Below are positions 10,965-22,125 of a stretch of 37,138 bases of DNA, piece by piece. Numbering within the stretch: position 1 is the first letter of the stretch; each line of letters begins with the position of its first letter. This stretch comes from Octopus sinensis (Eukaryota): contig NW_021836882.1 in the NCBI RefSeq assembly GCF_006345805.1, positions 1 to 37,138 of the forward strand, given 5' to 3'. Both the position numbers and the translations under genes were made by a program. The notes below the pieces were generated by a model, which ran no database searches, was not told where the DNA came from, and saw nothing but the letters and a program-made list of their open reading frames with translations.

Positions 10965-11383
10965 ATTCTCTTTTACTCTTTTACTTGTTTCAGTCATTTG
11001 ACTGCGGCCATGCTGGAGCACCGCCTTTAGTCGAGCAAATCGACCCCGGGACTTATTCTTTGTAAGCCCAGTACTTATTCTATCGGTGTCTTTTGCCGAA
11101 CCGCTAAGTGACGGGGACGTAAACACACTGGCATCGGTTGTCAAGCAATGCTAGGGGGACAAACACAGACACACAAACATATACACACACACTTATATAT
11201 ATATATATATACATATATACGACGGGCTTCTTTCAGTTTCCGTCTACCAAATCCACTCACAAGACATTGGTCGGCCCGGGGCTATAGCAGAAGACACTTG
11301 CCCAAGATGCCACGCAGTGGGACTGAACCCGGAACCATGTGGTTGGTTAGCAAGCTACTTACCACACAGCCACTCCTGCGCCT
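10965..11383 (-). mobile_element. SINE family C, tail-to-tail with the preceding copy
   Basis: Reverse complement of family C beginning a few nt after the forward copy ends. Confidence 0.88.
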
Positions 11384-11887
11384 ATATATATATATAGTCT
11401 AAATTAAATACGGCGTGGTCACAATTGAGACTCATATGATCTTAAATCTCTAAGCTTGATCCGAGTTGACCAGGGGTTAAACAACAACTACATAAAAAAT
11501 AACTATATTTGATTTAGGTACGAGACGAGCAATTTTGAATTTCGAAGGAAAGGGATTATCGACCACCATCTTTGACTGTCCTTTATTTTATTTTATCGAC
11601 AACTAAGGATGAACAGCAAAGCTGACGTCGACGAGATTTGAACTTAAAATACAAACTAACGGAATAAATACCACAATATATTTTTTCTAAGCTCTGACGT
11701 GTTTGTCAATCTTTTGTCCTAAGAGCAGCGATAACAGGATCTACCAGCGATAACAGGATCTACCGTTCGCTACCATTACGGATATCGGTACAAATCGTCA
11801 GCCAGACATCCCACTTTCGCCAGCAACCTTCTAATCAAACTGTGGTAGAAGTATTTCTATATCCATTCCCATTGGCCTTGCTGTCTT

Positions 11888-12313
11888 GGATCTTTTCGGT
11901 TTGAACGGCAGTTTTTAACATAATTTCTAGGTAACTAAAAATTTTTAAACTTCGTATACTGGTAGAATATGTTTATAAAACATCTTTTTTTCTTGGCTTT
12001 ATTGAGAAAATTCTATAGTTTGTAAGATATTTGTTGTTTTTTTTTCTTCAATTTCTGCAATTTCAACCAATCAGTGACGTCTATTGAAGTAAAAAGCATT
12101 CTGTGCCGTATGAATATGTCCCTCGTTTAAGAAACAGATTGGGTTTATTTACATCTGTGAAGAAAAAAAGATACCCCCCACCCCTAACCCTAACTAACCC
12201 TAACCCTAAAACAGATTGAAATGCAATAGATCGATACTAGGGTCATAATTATGGGTGACAATTTCATATGACACCGCTAGAAAAAAAAACTGCTGTTCAA
12301 ACCGAAAAGATCC
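11888..12313. mobile_element. Non-autonomous DNA transposon with ~28-bp TIRs and 8-bp TSD, carrying (CCCTAA)-like repeats
   Basis: TIRs GGATCTTTTCGGTTTGAACGGCAGTTTT and AAAACTGCTGTTCAAACCGAAAAGATCC; TSD GCTGTCTT at 11880-11887 and 12314-12321; CCCTAACCCTAACTAACCCTAACCCTAA at about 12183-12209. Confidence 0.88.
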
Positions 12314-12859
12314 GCTGTCTTACTAATCGTGTGCCCTACCAACGTCCCGTGTAAAGTGACTTTGGAGATGACATTGTGGGCTCAGCGCTGCTACAATTTC
12401 TACGACGGCTAATTCTTTTGGTGAAAAAGGAAACGAACTTATTGAAAGAAGAAAGAGAAGCATGTATTAGAGAAAGGCAGGAAGTAAGTACAAGAATAAG
12501 AAATTTCTACCTTTTGACTCGATTCTATATCGACGTCATCTCCTTCTTCTTTGCAGTCTTCTTATGACGTTGAGCGAAAGAAAGAGGAGAGGGCGAGAGA
12601 GAGATAAAATTGTGAAGAAGGTGAAGCTATAGGTTTTGTAACACATGGGCTGTGAGTTCGAGTTTCACTGAAAATATTTATTTATTTGAAATCATTAAAC
12701 TATGCACGAAAGTAATGTTTGATCAATATCTGTTCATCGAAAGGCATCGATCTAAGTCGCTTTCATATATTCGATCGCCGTTTGATCGATACAAAGGTAT
12801 CGATCAGCAGAAAGGGTAAAGTACAGGTGATAAAAACACACTTTGTGATATTTAAAATG

Positions 12860-13160
12860 TTTGTTCCTTCTCGAGTCACGCCTGGCTCATAAGGGCCGGT
12901 TTCCTAGTTTCTTTGGCGTATAGGTTCCCCACGTGGACGGGACGCCGGTCCGTAGCAGGTGAGCTGCAAGATGCAGGAGAAAAGAGTGAAAGAAAGTTGT
13001 GGCGAAAGAATCAGCAGAAGTTCGCCATTACCTTCTGCCGGAGCCGCGTGAAGCTTAGGTGTTTCGCTCATAAACACACACTTCGCCCGGTCTGAGATTC
13101 GAACCCGCGATCCCTCGACCGCGAATCCGCTGCTCTAACCACCAGGCCATGTGCCTCCAC
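12860..13160 (-). mobile_element. SINE with family-A head and centre but tail type 2
   Basis: The head GTGGAGGCACATGGCC..GGGTTCGAATCTC and the centre match family A; the 3' part matches 2019-2130. Confidence 0.8.
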
Positions 13161-13179
13161 GGTATTAAAAAAAAAAAAA

Positions 13180-13420
13180 GGCGGCAAGCTGGCAGAAACG
13201 TTAGCACGCCGGGCGAAATGCGTAGCCGTATTTCGTCTGCCGTTACGTTCTGAGTTCAAATTCCGCCGAGGTCGACTTTGCCTTTCATCCTTTCGGGGTC
13301 GATAAATTAAGCACCAGTTACGCACTGGGGTCGATGTAATCGACTTAATAATCCGTTTGTCTGTCCTTGTTTGTCCCCTCTGTGTGTAGCCCCTTGTGGG
13401 TAGTAAAGAAATAGGTATTT
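13180..13420 (+). mobile_element. SINE family B, full length
   Basis: GGCGGCAAGCTGGCAGAAACGTTAGC...GTAAAGAAATAGGTATTT. Confidence 0.88.
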
Positions 13421-14041
13421 AAAATAGGTTCCTCTATATTCTAATTTTGGTTGACTTTTTTTTTTGATGTCAATTTAATTGATTTATCGATTCTGCTGAA
13501 ACAAATGACCTGTTTTTACATTACAAATCCCACAACTCACTCCTCGTGGGCTGCATATCTGTCTTGTATTTACGTATTTTGTAACAAACCATTATAAGTT
13601 TCTTGAGGAAGGTGGCGGATTGACAGAATTGAACTCACGACTTTATGATTGTGAACCAAATGCAATAACCACTAAGCTACGCCCCTTCAGGCATAAAAAA
13701 ATATGCTTCTTTTAAAAAGACTCAACCATGAAGCATGTACACTATCAATAAACCTACTAGAAATAACGCCAAATTTCTCTTAAAGTAGAATGTACTATTT
13801 AAAAAAAAACATTTTAAGATAGGTGAGAATCAAAATAGACGAGGTAGTCACGGCTGGAGTACTTTTCAACAAAAATCGATCGAATCAGAGTTAAATAGTA
13901 ATAACAATGAAAGCAAGAAAACTACTACAGCCAACACTGCCGCTATCACCAGTTCATCACAAACATAACAACGGTCCACACTTTAAGATGGTTTTTATTG
14001 CGAATATATTTTACACATTGTTTTTATTAAAAACAAAAGAA

Positions 14042-14045
<4 letters not shown>

Positions 14046-14113
<68 letters not shown>

Positions 14114-14204
14114 GTGTGTGTGTGTGTATAAATACATAATTGTACATATGTGTGAATAAATATATATTTGTATTTATATATATATATATTTGTATATTTA
14201 TATA

Positions 14205-14286
<82 letters not shown>

Positions 14287-14402
14287 CACACACATATATA
14301 TATATATACATATATATATATATTACATATACACATACATATATACCTACATACATGCATATATTTATACGTGTATATATATATATATATATATATGATA
14401 TA

Positions 14403-14463
<61 letters not shown>
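14046..14463. repeat. Compound (TA)n microsatellite
   Basis: About 420 bp of TA with CA/TG interruptions. Confidence 0.95.
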
Positions 14464-14466
<3 letters not shown>

Positions 14467-14591
14467 GTGCGTATGCGTGTGATATAATTTAAAATGCAAT
14501 AAATACTAATCTTAGCTTCGCCATGGAAAGTATACAAATTGACTACAACGAAAGTTTTTTTTCTTCTCTGTAATCTGAAAAAATGGGATTA

Positions 14592-14632
14592 TTCTGATAA
14601 GTTTCCAGTCTTGTTACATCTTCATCAGAGAA
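14592..14632 (-). ncRNA. Minimal hammerhead-like motif
   Basis: The reverse strand reads TTCT-CTGATGA-AGATGTAACAAGACTG-GAA-ACTTAT-C-AGAA. Stem I is 4 bp, the core is intact and the triplet is AUC, but stems II and III are weak. Confidence 0.45.
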
Positions 14633-15025
14633 AGGATATTTGTTTTCTATTCTCGAAGAGATTTGTTGCATATATGTATTTCTAGTAATGTTTACATTCT
14701 AGGACTAATTCATACTGATCAGTGCAATTTGCATGACAGTACATGCGCTGAGAAAGTGGATTAGCGATTGAATTAATTCGCTTTTAATGAATTATGCAGC
14801 ATGTTAATTTAAAATGAAATATATGGTAAGACATTTCTTTACTCACCGCGAAATATTTTCATCAAAAATTTTATCTTTTTCTGAGTAGAAAAACTAGAGT
14901 AAATCCAAGTATTTTCAACTCTTATCAACTTTTCATCTGAGAACCAATTATAGTCTCTCCTTTAGAGAGAGATTACTTTGTGTTGTCCTAGTTTGCATAC
15001 GCTATAAATAGTTTTAGGCTATTAC

Positions 15026-15068
15026 CATTCCTATGAACAGGAGACGTGAATTCTTTTCCTGGTGAAGT
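15026..15068 (-). CDS. Candidate internal exon (43 nt) of an unidentified - strand gene
   Basis: TTCTTCTTAG|A-LHQEKNSRLLFIGM|GTAATA; phase 2 to 0, compatible with 18469-18546. A second frame is also open. Confidence 0.3.
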
Positions 15069-15258
15069 CTAAGAAGAATAGACATAAGCCAGACTGCTCC
15101 CGCATTCCTCTTCCCGGTAGGATGGGAAGAAATATATAATCTGTTGTGTAATCACTTTGTTCAAAATTATCAGCGAGGCTAAAATTGCGTGTTTATTAGT
15201 AAAGATATATCTTACATTTCAAATTATTCCAAATTGGTGTGAAGTCCATTATGAATGT

Positions 15259-15300
<42 letters not shown>

Positions 15301-15373
15301 ACATGTCCTAATATCGAACAGTGAGAATGAGTTCTCAACACCGCATTGGTGGATAAATATTCGTTATAAGTGG

Positions 15374-15525
15374 GTTAACAAGGCTACCATTGGTTTCAGG
15401 CCGAGAGAAATCTCTCAGCAGTAATTAAGCTTGCCGCGGAGACAAGTACCAACGTTCCCATGTGTCAGAATTGATAATTGTAGAGAGATTTCTCTCGGCA
15501 TGAAACCAATGGTAGTCTTCTTAAC
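15374..15525. repeat. Foldback element, ~43-bp arms
   Basis: GCTACCATTGGTTTCAGGCCGAGAGAAATCTCTC and GAGAGATTTCTCTCGGCATGAAACCAATGGTAGT. Confidence 0.85.
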
Positions 15526-16042
15526 TCACAAATAAAGTTTATATGAGTGTGTGTGTGTGTGTGGTGTGTGTGTGTGTGTATGTGTGAATGTGTGTGCGTG
15601 CGTGCACAATTATATTTAAATACGTATACATATACGCGAAAGCACAAATATCAGTACATACACATATGAGGTGTGGTTTTTTTATTATTAGAGAGTCATT
15701 GAGTCCACTTACCCTTCCCTCGCGCTCTCTCTCCCTCTCCCTTTCTTTCTCTCTTGTTTCTTTTTTTTTCTGTCTCTTGCTTTCATTCTCACTGTTGTCT
15801 GTCTTTCTCTCATCTCAACACTCTCTGTCTTTCTTTCTCGCTTACATACATAATCTCTTATAAGATTTTCATCCACAGGATATTAAAAAAATTGTCCATG
15901 CTCTTCCAATCCTTCCGTGATTCGCTGGCTATTTAGCTGTCATCATAGTAACGAATTCTGCAAAGAAAATAGAAAGAACATCATCATCATCATCATCATC
16001 ATCTTCATCATCATCATCGTCATCATCATCGTCATCATCATT

Positions 16043-16592
16043 AATATTATTGCAATTATTTTTGAGTGAGAGAGCAGTACATTCCATCAAAGTGACACTG
16101 GGGTAAAATATACGAAGTCCAGTATACCCATCATGACTACCCGTCTGATAAGGGTACACCAGGCACATGCATCACAAAAATATGTGCGCGACATGGTGAT
16201 CCCTTATCAAGATAAAGAGCGCATGACCGTGCAGGTGGGACCCAGTTAGAATACTCTTTAGGTCCTGCTCAAAAGGTTCCCGAATAAGGGTTGTTTAAGG
16301 ATGTTGAACGAAACACCCATGTTTCCAAAGGTGAATTGTCTAAACCCCAAAGAATTCCTCTCAATATATGGCTATGATAGTCCCCCACTTCTACTTGTGA
16401 TCAGAGATGCACATAATGTCAGCCACCAAGGGACATGGTTAAAGTCAAACAACTGACAAGCAAATCTGTGGTATTAAGAAGAATATTTGTTGTAGCCAAT
16501 CTTTTATACCAAGACAAAACAATGTACATGATAACACTTCCAATCAGTTAAGATCAGAAGCCATGAGAGCCACTGCCTGGGACTGCATCGGG
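16043..16592. mobile_element. Interspersed repeat family D (unclassified retroposon); second copy at 26243-26575
   Basis: The two copies align over >300 bp (CCATCAAAGTGACACTGGGGTAAAATATAC...CCCAAAGAAT); both abut (TTA/TCA)n tracts. Confidence 0.7.
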
Positions 16593-16594
16593 GC

Positions 16595-16595
<1 letters not shown>

Positions 16596-16665
<70 letters not shown>

Positions 16666-16706
16666 TATCATTATTATCATCATTATTATTATTATTATTA
16701 TTATTA

Positions 16707-16739
<33 letters not shown>

Positions 16740-16770
16740 CATCATCATCATCATCATCACATCATCATCA

Positions 16771-16831
<61 letters not shown>

Positions 16832-16858
16832 CATTATTATTATTATTTATTATTATTT
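16596..16858. repeat. (TTA)n/(TCA)n microsatellite
   Basis: Visible trinucleotide array. Confidence 0.95.
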
Positions 16859-17086
16859 GATTGTCATAGGGAGAATACATCCCTTTTGTGTTTGAGATAC
16901 GATTTTTTCAAATAAGTTTCTTTGGAGTATTTGTTAGAAAAAAAAAATGCCTGCCCTCAATATCCGAGGGTAGGCAAAAAGGTTTGTTTTACAAACTTTA
17001 ACATACATAAATATTTTCACTTTCTATACCTATGCCACTCGACTGAACACTTCAATAGCAAAAGCAAATACGAAAAAAATACACAT

Positions 17087-17482
17087 AAGGAGTGGCTGTG
17101 TGGTAAGTAGCTTGTCTACCAACCGCATGGTTCCGGGTTCAGTCCCACTGCGTGGCCCCTTGGGTAAGAGTCTTCTACTATAGCCTCGGGCCGACCAAAG
17201 CCTTGTAAGTGGATTTGGTAGACGGAAACTGAAAGAAGCCCGTCGTATATATATATATATGCGTGTGTGTGTTTGTGTGTCTGTGTTTGTCCCCTAGCAT
17301 TGCTTGACAACCGATGCTGGTGTGTTTATGTCCCCGTCACTTAGCGGTTCGGCAAAACAGACCGATAGAATAAGTACTGGGCTTACAAAAGAATAAGCCC
17401 CGGTGTGGAGTTGCTCGACTAAAGGCGGTGCTCCAGCATGGCCGCAGTCAAATGACTGAAACATGTAAAAGAGTAAAAGAGT
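17087..17482 (+). mobile_element. SINE family C flanked by a long duplicated target
   Basis: Homologous to 4705-5106; 17006-17087 is repeated at about 17485-17589. Confidence 0.85.
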
Positions 17483-17909
17483 ATACATAAATATTTTCAC
17501 TTTCTATACGTGGATTAATCTGCCAAATATACTTATGCCATTCGACTGAACACTTCAATAGCAGAAGCAAATACGAAAAAAAAAACACATTATCAAAAGA
17601 CACAACTGAATTAGCAAAATGAAGAAAATGAATGGTTTTAGTGAAGAATTGATAAAAATGAAAATATTCCAAAACAGTCAAACAAGTAGTTTTGAAGACA
17701 GTGACAATAACAACAACTGCAACACCATTGATAAAACTCTTGCGCAATTTCAAGCACTATAGTTTATGCATTTAGTAGTCGTGGTGTCGAGCTGCACCTT
17801 CCTTCAACTCAAACAACAGAACAAACAGAATCTTTAAACCTGTCATAGCTACAAGAAAAAAAGAAACATCGTTTGGATAGCGCTACCATTTCTAGCCTTC
17901 CTTCTTTAG

Positions 17910-17987
17910 GTGGAGTTTTTCTCAAATAGATGGGACCTAGATATGATCTACCGGGCGCAAGTCCCCGATAATATATATCTGACTAGA
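17910..17987 (+). CDS. Candidate coding exon, copy 1 of a duplicated 78-nt phase 0-0 exon (unidentified protein)
   Basis: TTCTAGCCTTCCTTCTTTAG|VEFFSNRWDLDMIYRAQVPDNIYLTR|GTAAGT, with strong splice sites. It differs from copy 2 by 2 synonymous and 1 non-synonymous change. Confidence 0.7.
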
Positions 17988-18087
17988 GTAAGTGCATCCG
18001 TACCTTAGTCTCTTACCAAATAGCGAGAAAAAAAACCCGTCAGCATCCCAATAACAATTTGCTGCTACTGCTGCTGCTGCTGCTACT

Positions 18088-18125
<38 letters not shown>

Positions 18126-18131
18126 CACAAT

Positions 18132-18179
<48 letters not shown>

Positions 18180-18182
18180 CAT

Positions 18183-18254
<72 letters not shown>

Positions 18255-18468
18255 AGCATTTATGTGTATTATGAGTTAATCCAAAAAGTGTCCGGAAGAT
18301 TGATGGGAAATACTCATGAGATTTTTAAGATGTGAAAAGATTGGATTATATAGTGCGTTAGTAAGCGTTCAGATTGTAACATGTCTTTTCGCTTCATAAT
18401 AGGCACGTTGGCACCTACGTGACCATTCCAATCTCCCCCTCCTGGCAGAGAGCGATAGAAATATATAC

Positions 18469-18546
18469 CTGTGTTTCCGAAAGAAGAGAAGTGGACTAAA
18501 ATTTTCCTCCCTCACGATAAATCCTGCAACAAGTACTTCAGGTCTC
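18469..18546 (-). CDS. Candidate internal exon (78 nt) of an unidentified - strand gene
   Basis: Long pyrimidine tract ...ATTTCTCCCAG|G-RPEVLVAGFIVREENFSPLLFFRKH-AG|GTATAT; this is the only open frame, phase 2 to 2. Confidence 0.45.
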
Positions 18547-18714
18547 CTGGGAGAAATCTTGGGAGACAAAGAGAAAATGTATGACACTATCTGTTGCATT
18601 TTCAAAATTGAAGACTTAACCAAAACATGCTGAAACTGTTAGACATATCTGTGACTATAAATTAAGTAAATAAGCCAAAGAAATACAAGAGTGATGATAA
18701 TAGCCATTAGAATT

Positions 18715-18790
18715 TTTATTCAAGTCAAGGCCTGGAATCGAACTCGGAATCTTGGGGGTTAGAAGCCCGCACCCTTAACCACTACGCTCT
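18715..18790 (-). mobile_element. Inverted copy of the tRNA-like head, head-to-head with 18798
   Basis: Reverse complement of 18800-18875. Confidence 0.75.
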
Positions 18791-18797
18791 TAACGAC

Positions 18798-18868
18798 GGG
18801 CATATGGCGTAGTGGTTAAGAGCGCGAGCTACTAACTCCAAGAATCCGAGTTCGATTCCAGGCAGTGA

Positions 18869-18934
<66 letters not shown>

Positions 18935-19092
18935 TATAATAATAACAACATCGAAAAATGCCTTAGGAATGAGAACCCAGGTTTGAAATTTCCCCAAGAC
19001 ACCTGATGAAGGCTGGAGGGTATATCAGCCTAAACGTTGAGTTAACAACAAACAAGATGAGGACAAATATCCGTCAAATGTAAATAATGTAG
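18798..19092 (+). mobile_element. tRNA-like Pol III head + (TAA)n + family E hammerhead module
   Basis: A-box TGGCGTAGTGG (18805-18815) and B-box GTTCGATTC (18850-18858), then (TAA)n, then family E with the hammerhead at 18998-19043 (GAAA mutated to TAAA). Confidence 0.65.
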
Positions 19093-19700
19093 AATTATAT
19101 TTGTTAGCGTAAGAATCACCTCAGAGCTGATTGCTCTGAAAAACCGAAAAGATTACGTAAAATGAATATCAACTGAAATAGCAAACACCATCAGCCAGTC
19201 TCTGACTATGGCAAGAGAAGCCTCCTTTATAATCGTCAATAACAGAAATAAAATGAGCTGCCACCTCGTTCCCTAACAATGGCCACTAGTCGTACTACAC
19301 CATCGTCGTACGATGACGAAGAAATAATAGTTGAAGGTGAAAATTTGAAAACGACCAGATAAATCACGAAAGAGAGAAAAGGAAAACATCTTCAATCCCC
19401 CCCCCCACCACACACAGAGCATAAAACCACAAAACGAGTGTGGGGAGCAATTACCTCAAAGCAACAATAATGCCCATCCCCAGGAAAATAAGAAATAAAA
19501 TGAAGGTGACGAGGAAGAATTAAAATTCACTGTTCTTCGGAAATCAAATAAGCATTTAATTGACAAAATTACGCCTCTGTGGGGACCACGGGTGAAGTTA
19601 AGATGACATAAAATAATTAAGGGTAAAACATAAGCAACATGAAAAAGATAATTATTAGTAAAAATGAAACTAAGACTCCAGAATGAACTTAAAATCTTAC

Positions 19701-19735
19701 CTCAAAAATTGAAGAAGATTTTCAACACTAAGTGT
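19701..19735 (-). CDS. Candidate internal exon (35 nt) of an unidentified - strand gene
   Basis: TTTTTTAG|TLSVENLLQFL-AG|GTAAGA; this is the only open frame, phase 0 to 2, and it joins 18469-18546 in frame. Confidence 0.45.
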
Positions 19736-19749
19736 CTAAAAAATGCTTA

Positions 19750-19909
19750 CTGGTGCGTTTGGTTGCAGTCCTAACAAATTGAAAATCACCTAGCGAGAGG
19801 AATCGTTAGATATCTAAACTCAGTAAACAAGATTACTGAGTTTGGATATATAACGATCCTTCTCGCTAGCTGATCTTCAAGTTGTTAGGACTGCAACCAA
19901 AGGCACCAG
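19750..19909. repeat. Foldback palindrome, ~76-bp arms, 8-nt loop
   Basis: CTGGTGCGTTTGGTTGCAGTCCTAAC...CTCAGTA-AACAAGAT-TACTGAG...GTTAGGACTGCAACCAAAGGCACCAG. Confidence 0.9.
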
Positions 19910-20174
19910 CATGCATTTTTGAGACACTTTTAATTATAGAAGCAGTGAGAATACATGCTTCTGCAGGCTGATCTTTTCTGTTCACGTCTTGAACCTATTT
20001 CCCCGTCGTTCCTTCCTAAGGCTCATTTTGACAATTTGTACGACCTCACTTTTTCTTTAAACCCCCAATCTGCTTTCTCTCTTTTCAGGTCCTAGTATAT
20101 ATCCACCTTGATGGTTTCTCTTTCTTTTATTCGTGCATCAAATGGACAGGCCACATCAGTTATGTAACACAGAA

Positions 20175-20445
20175 GGTGGTGAGCCGGTAGAATGGTTAGC
20201 GCGCCGGACAAAATGCTAAGCAGCATTTATGTTCTGGGTTTAAAATTGATTCCGCAGAGGGCCACTTTGCCTTTCATCCTTTCGGGATCGATAAAATAAG
20301 TACCAGTTGAGCACTGGGGTCAATGCCGAGTCAACTTTATCTTTTATCCTTTCGGGGTCGATAAAATAAGTACCAGTTGAGCACTGTAATCGATTTGGCC
20401 CCTTCCCTCAAAAAATTTTTGGCCATGTCCCCATAGCAGAAAGGA
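20175..20445 (+). mobile_element. Diverged SINE family B with internal duplication
   Basis: GCCTTTCATCCTTTCGGG..GATAAAATAAGTACCAGTTGAGCACTG occurs twice. Confidence 0.7.
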
Positions 20446-20834
20446 TTAATATTTAGATTTGCCAGTGAAAGATGTGATTTTGGTTGATTGTGTGATTTTA
20501 AAAATAATCATCGGATTATTTATGCGAAGCTGAATAGATTTTGGTCTGCTTGGAATATATTCAAAGGCAGGCTGTCTGTTACAGGTAATTTTCAATGTTT
20601 GAAAAAAGAAAAAAATTCTTCAGCTTCCCAAGCAAATGATTGCTTTCTTTTCGTTGCCAAGCATTTCCGACATGGCGACTGAGGCAGGACATGTCCATAA
20701 AATTTGAACACAAAGGGAGAAGCAAATGAAATTTAATGAAGATAACTCAGTTTGGACTTTGAAACACAAAGACAAATGCGATTTTCACATGCAAATACTT
20801 GTCACCTCCGAAGCATCCAGCTATCTTCCAATCC

Positions 20835-21093
20835 ATCTAGCATCCATCCGTCCGTCCGTCCGTCCGTCCGTCCGTCCGTCCGTCCGTCCGTCCATCATCC
20901 ATCCATCCGTCCGTCCGTTCATCCATCTATCAAGCCATCCATCCATCCATCCATCCATCCATCCATCCGTCCGTCCGTCCGTCCGTCCATCAATCTACTA
21001 GTCCGTCCATCCATCCGTCCATCCATCTGCCTACCAAACCACTAATCTGTCCATTCAGCCATCCGTCCGTCCGTCCATCCATCCATCCATCCA
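20835..21093. repeat. (TCCG)n/(TCCA)n microsatellite
   Basis: Visible tetranucleotide array. Confidence 0.92.
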
Positions 21094-21109
21094 TGGGAGG
21101 GCCGTGGGT

Positions 21110-21420
21110 AGGGATACAGAGTCCTATCAGACTGGATTCCCAAGCACGACCAACTTAGATTATAGATTTTATCCAGTCACCTCGCTCTTTGTCTACTCCT
21201 AAGTCTCTTGCCTTTTAGCTTTGCTTGAAGAACCTACGTTGCTATTCTTTCCTGAGACATTCTAATCACATGTTCGTAGCACAGGAACTATGACTTCTCA
21301 AAGCGAAGTAGCGGTTTGACCAATTTCTAAAGCACCCAATTATTCGCTGTATAACCCTTCTGAGTTTATTTTGTTCATCCTCATGCGTTTGCCACCACGA
21401 ATCCTAGCCTTTTCTTTTAC
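21110..21420 (-). mobile_element. Decayed RTE-clade LINE, 3' fragment
   Basis: EKS*FLCYEHVIRMSQERIAT*VLQAKLKGKRLRSRQRAR*LDKI resembles the RTE motif LRWYGHVxRM...GKRPRGRPRTRW. Confidence 0.7.
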
Positions 21421-21544
21421 ATGTATAAATATAAATGCGTGGTGAAAGATAAATGAATAAATAAATAAATTGTTATTAAATCTCGCTCTGATAAAATGAA
21501 ATCAAGAATTGGGGTAGATGTCATCGTCTAATTCCTTTCCCTAA

Positions 21545-21930
21545 AAATTGTGGGTTTTTTGCTTAAATAAAGGTATCATAATGATGATTCTTTTTAATCT
21601 GTAATCCTTTTCAGTTCTGACACAAAACCAACAATTTTAGAGGGAGAATTACATTGATCCCCAATATGTAACTGATACTTCATGTTAGTATATCTATGGA
21701 AGGCTGAAAGGCAAAGTTCACCCCAGCGCAATTTCAATTTACAGGGTAAAAAACCGGAAGAAATATCGCAAAGCATTTTGTCCCATGTGCTGGCGATTCT
21801 GCTAGCTATTCACCTTAATAATAATCCTTTCTACTAGCTATAATTTTTGGGAAGGGACTAGTTGAATACATCAACCCCAGTGCATAACTGGTATTTATTT
21901 CATCGACCCCGAAAGGGCAAACGGCAAAGT
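21545..21930. mobile_element. Diverged SINE family B-like fragments
   Basis: GAAAGGCAAAGTTCACCCCAGCGCAATTTC and ACCCCAGTGCATAACTGGTATTTATTTCATCGACCCCGAAAGG. Confidence 0.55.
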
Positions 21931-22125
21931 CAACCTTTTTGATATTATCTTTCTTATTCTATGAGACAATTTTCTAATGCAAAATCATACAACCTTTCCG
22001 TTGGCATTTCATAATGCTGGCATAACCTGTAGCGAATGTAAGTCCTAGCTCTATCATACCCATCGACTCTTTCTTAGTTAACACAGTGCAGCTAGAGGCA
22101 ATACCGTTGCTCCTCTCTTTCACAG

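Noticed and set aside
12376-12483. + strand open frame ending at a perfect GAA|GTAAGT donor
   Set aside because: No convincing acceptor or homology; it cannot be supported as an exon.
13820-13968. Short + strand frame IGENQNRRGSHGW...SSSQT*
   Set aside because: Low complexity, weak acceptor, no recognisable family.
18798-18870. Possible tRNA gene
   Set aside because: A/B boxes are present, but there is no proper acceptor stem or oligo-T terminator, and an inverted copy is adjacent; it behaves as a SINE head.
20090-20190. Strong + strand acceptor followed by VLVYIHLDGFSFFY...
   Set aside because: No good donor before the adjacent SINE, so coding status cannot be supported.
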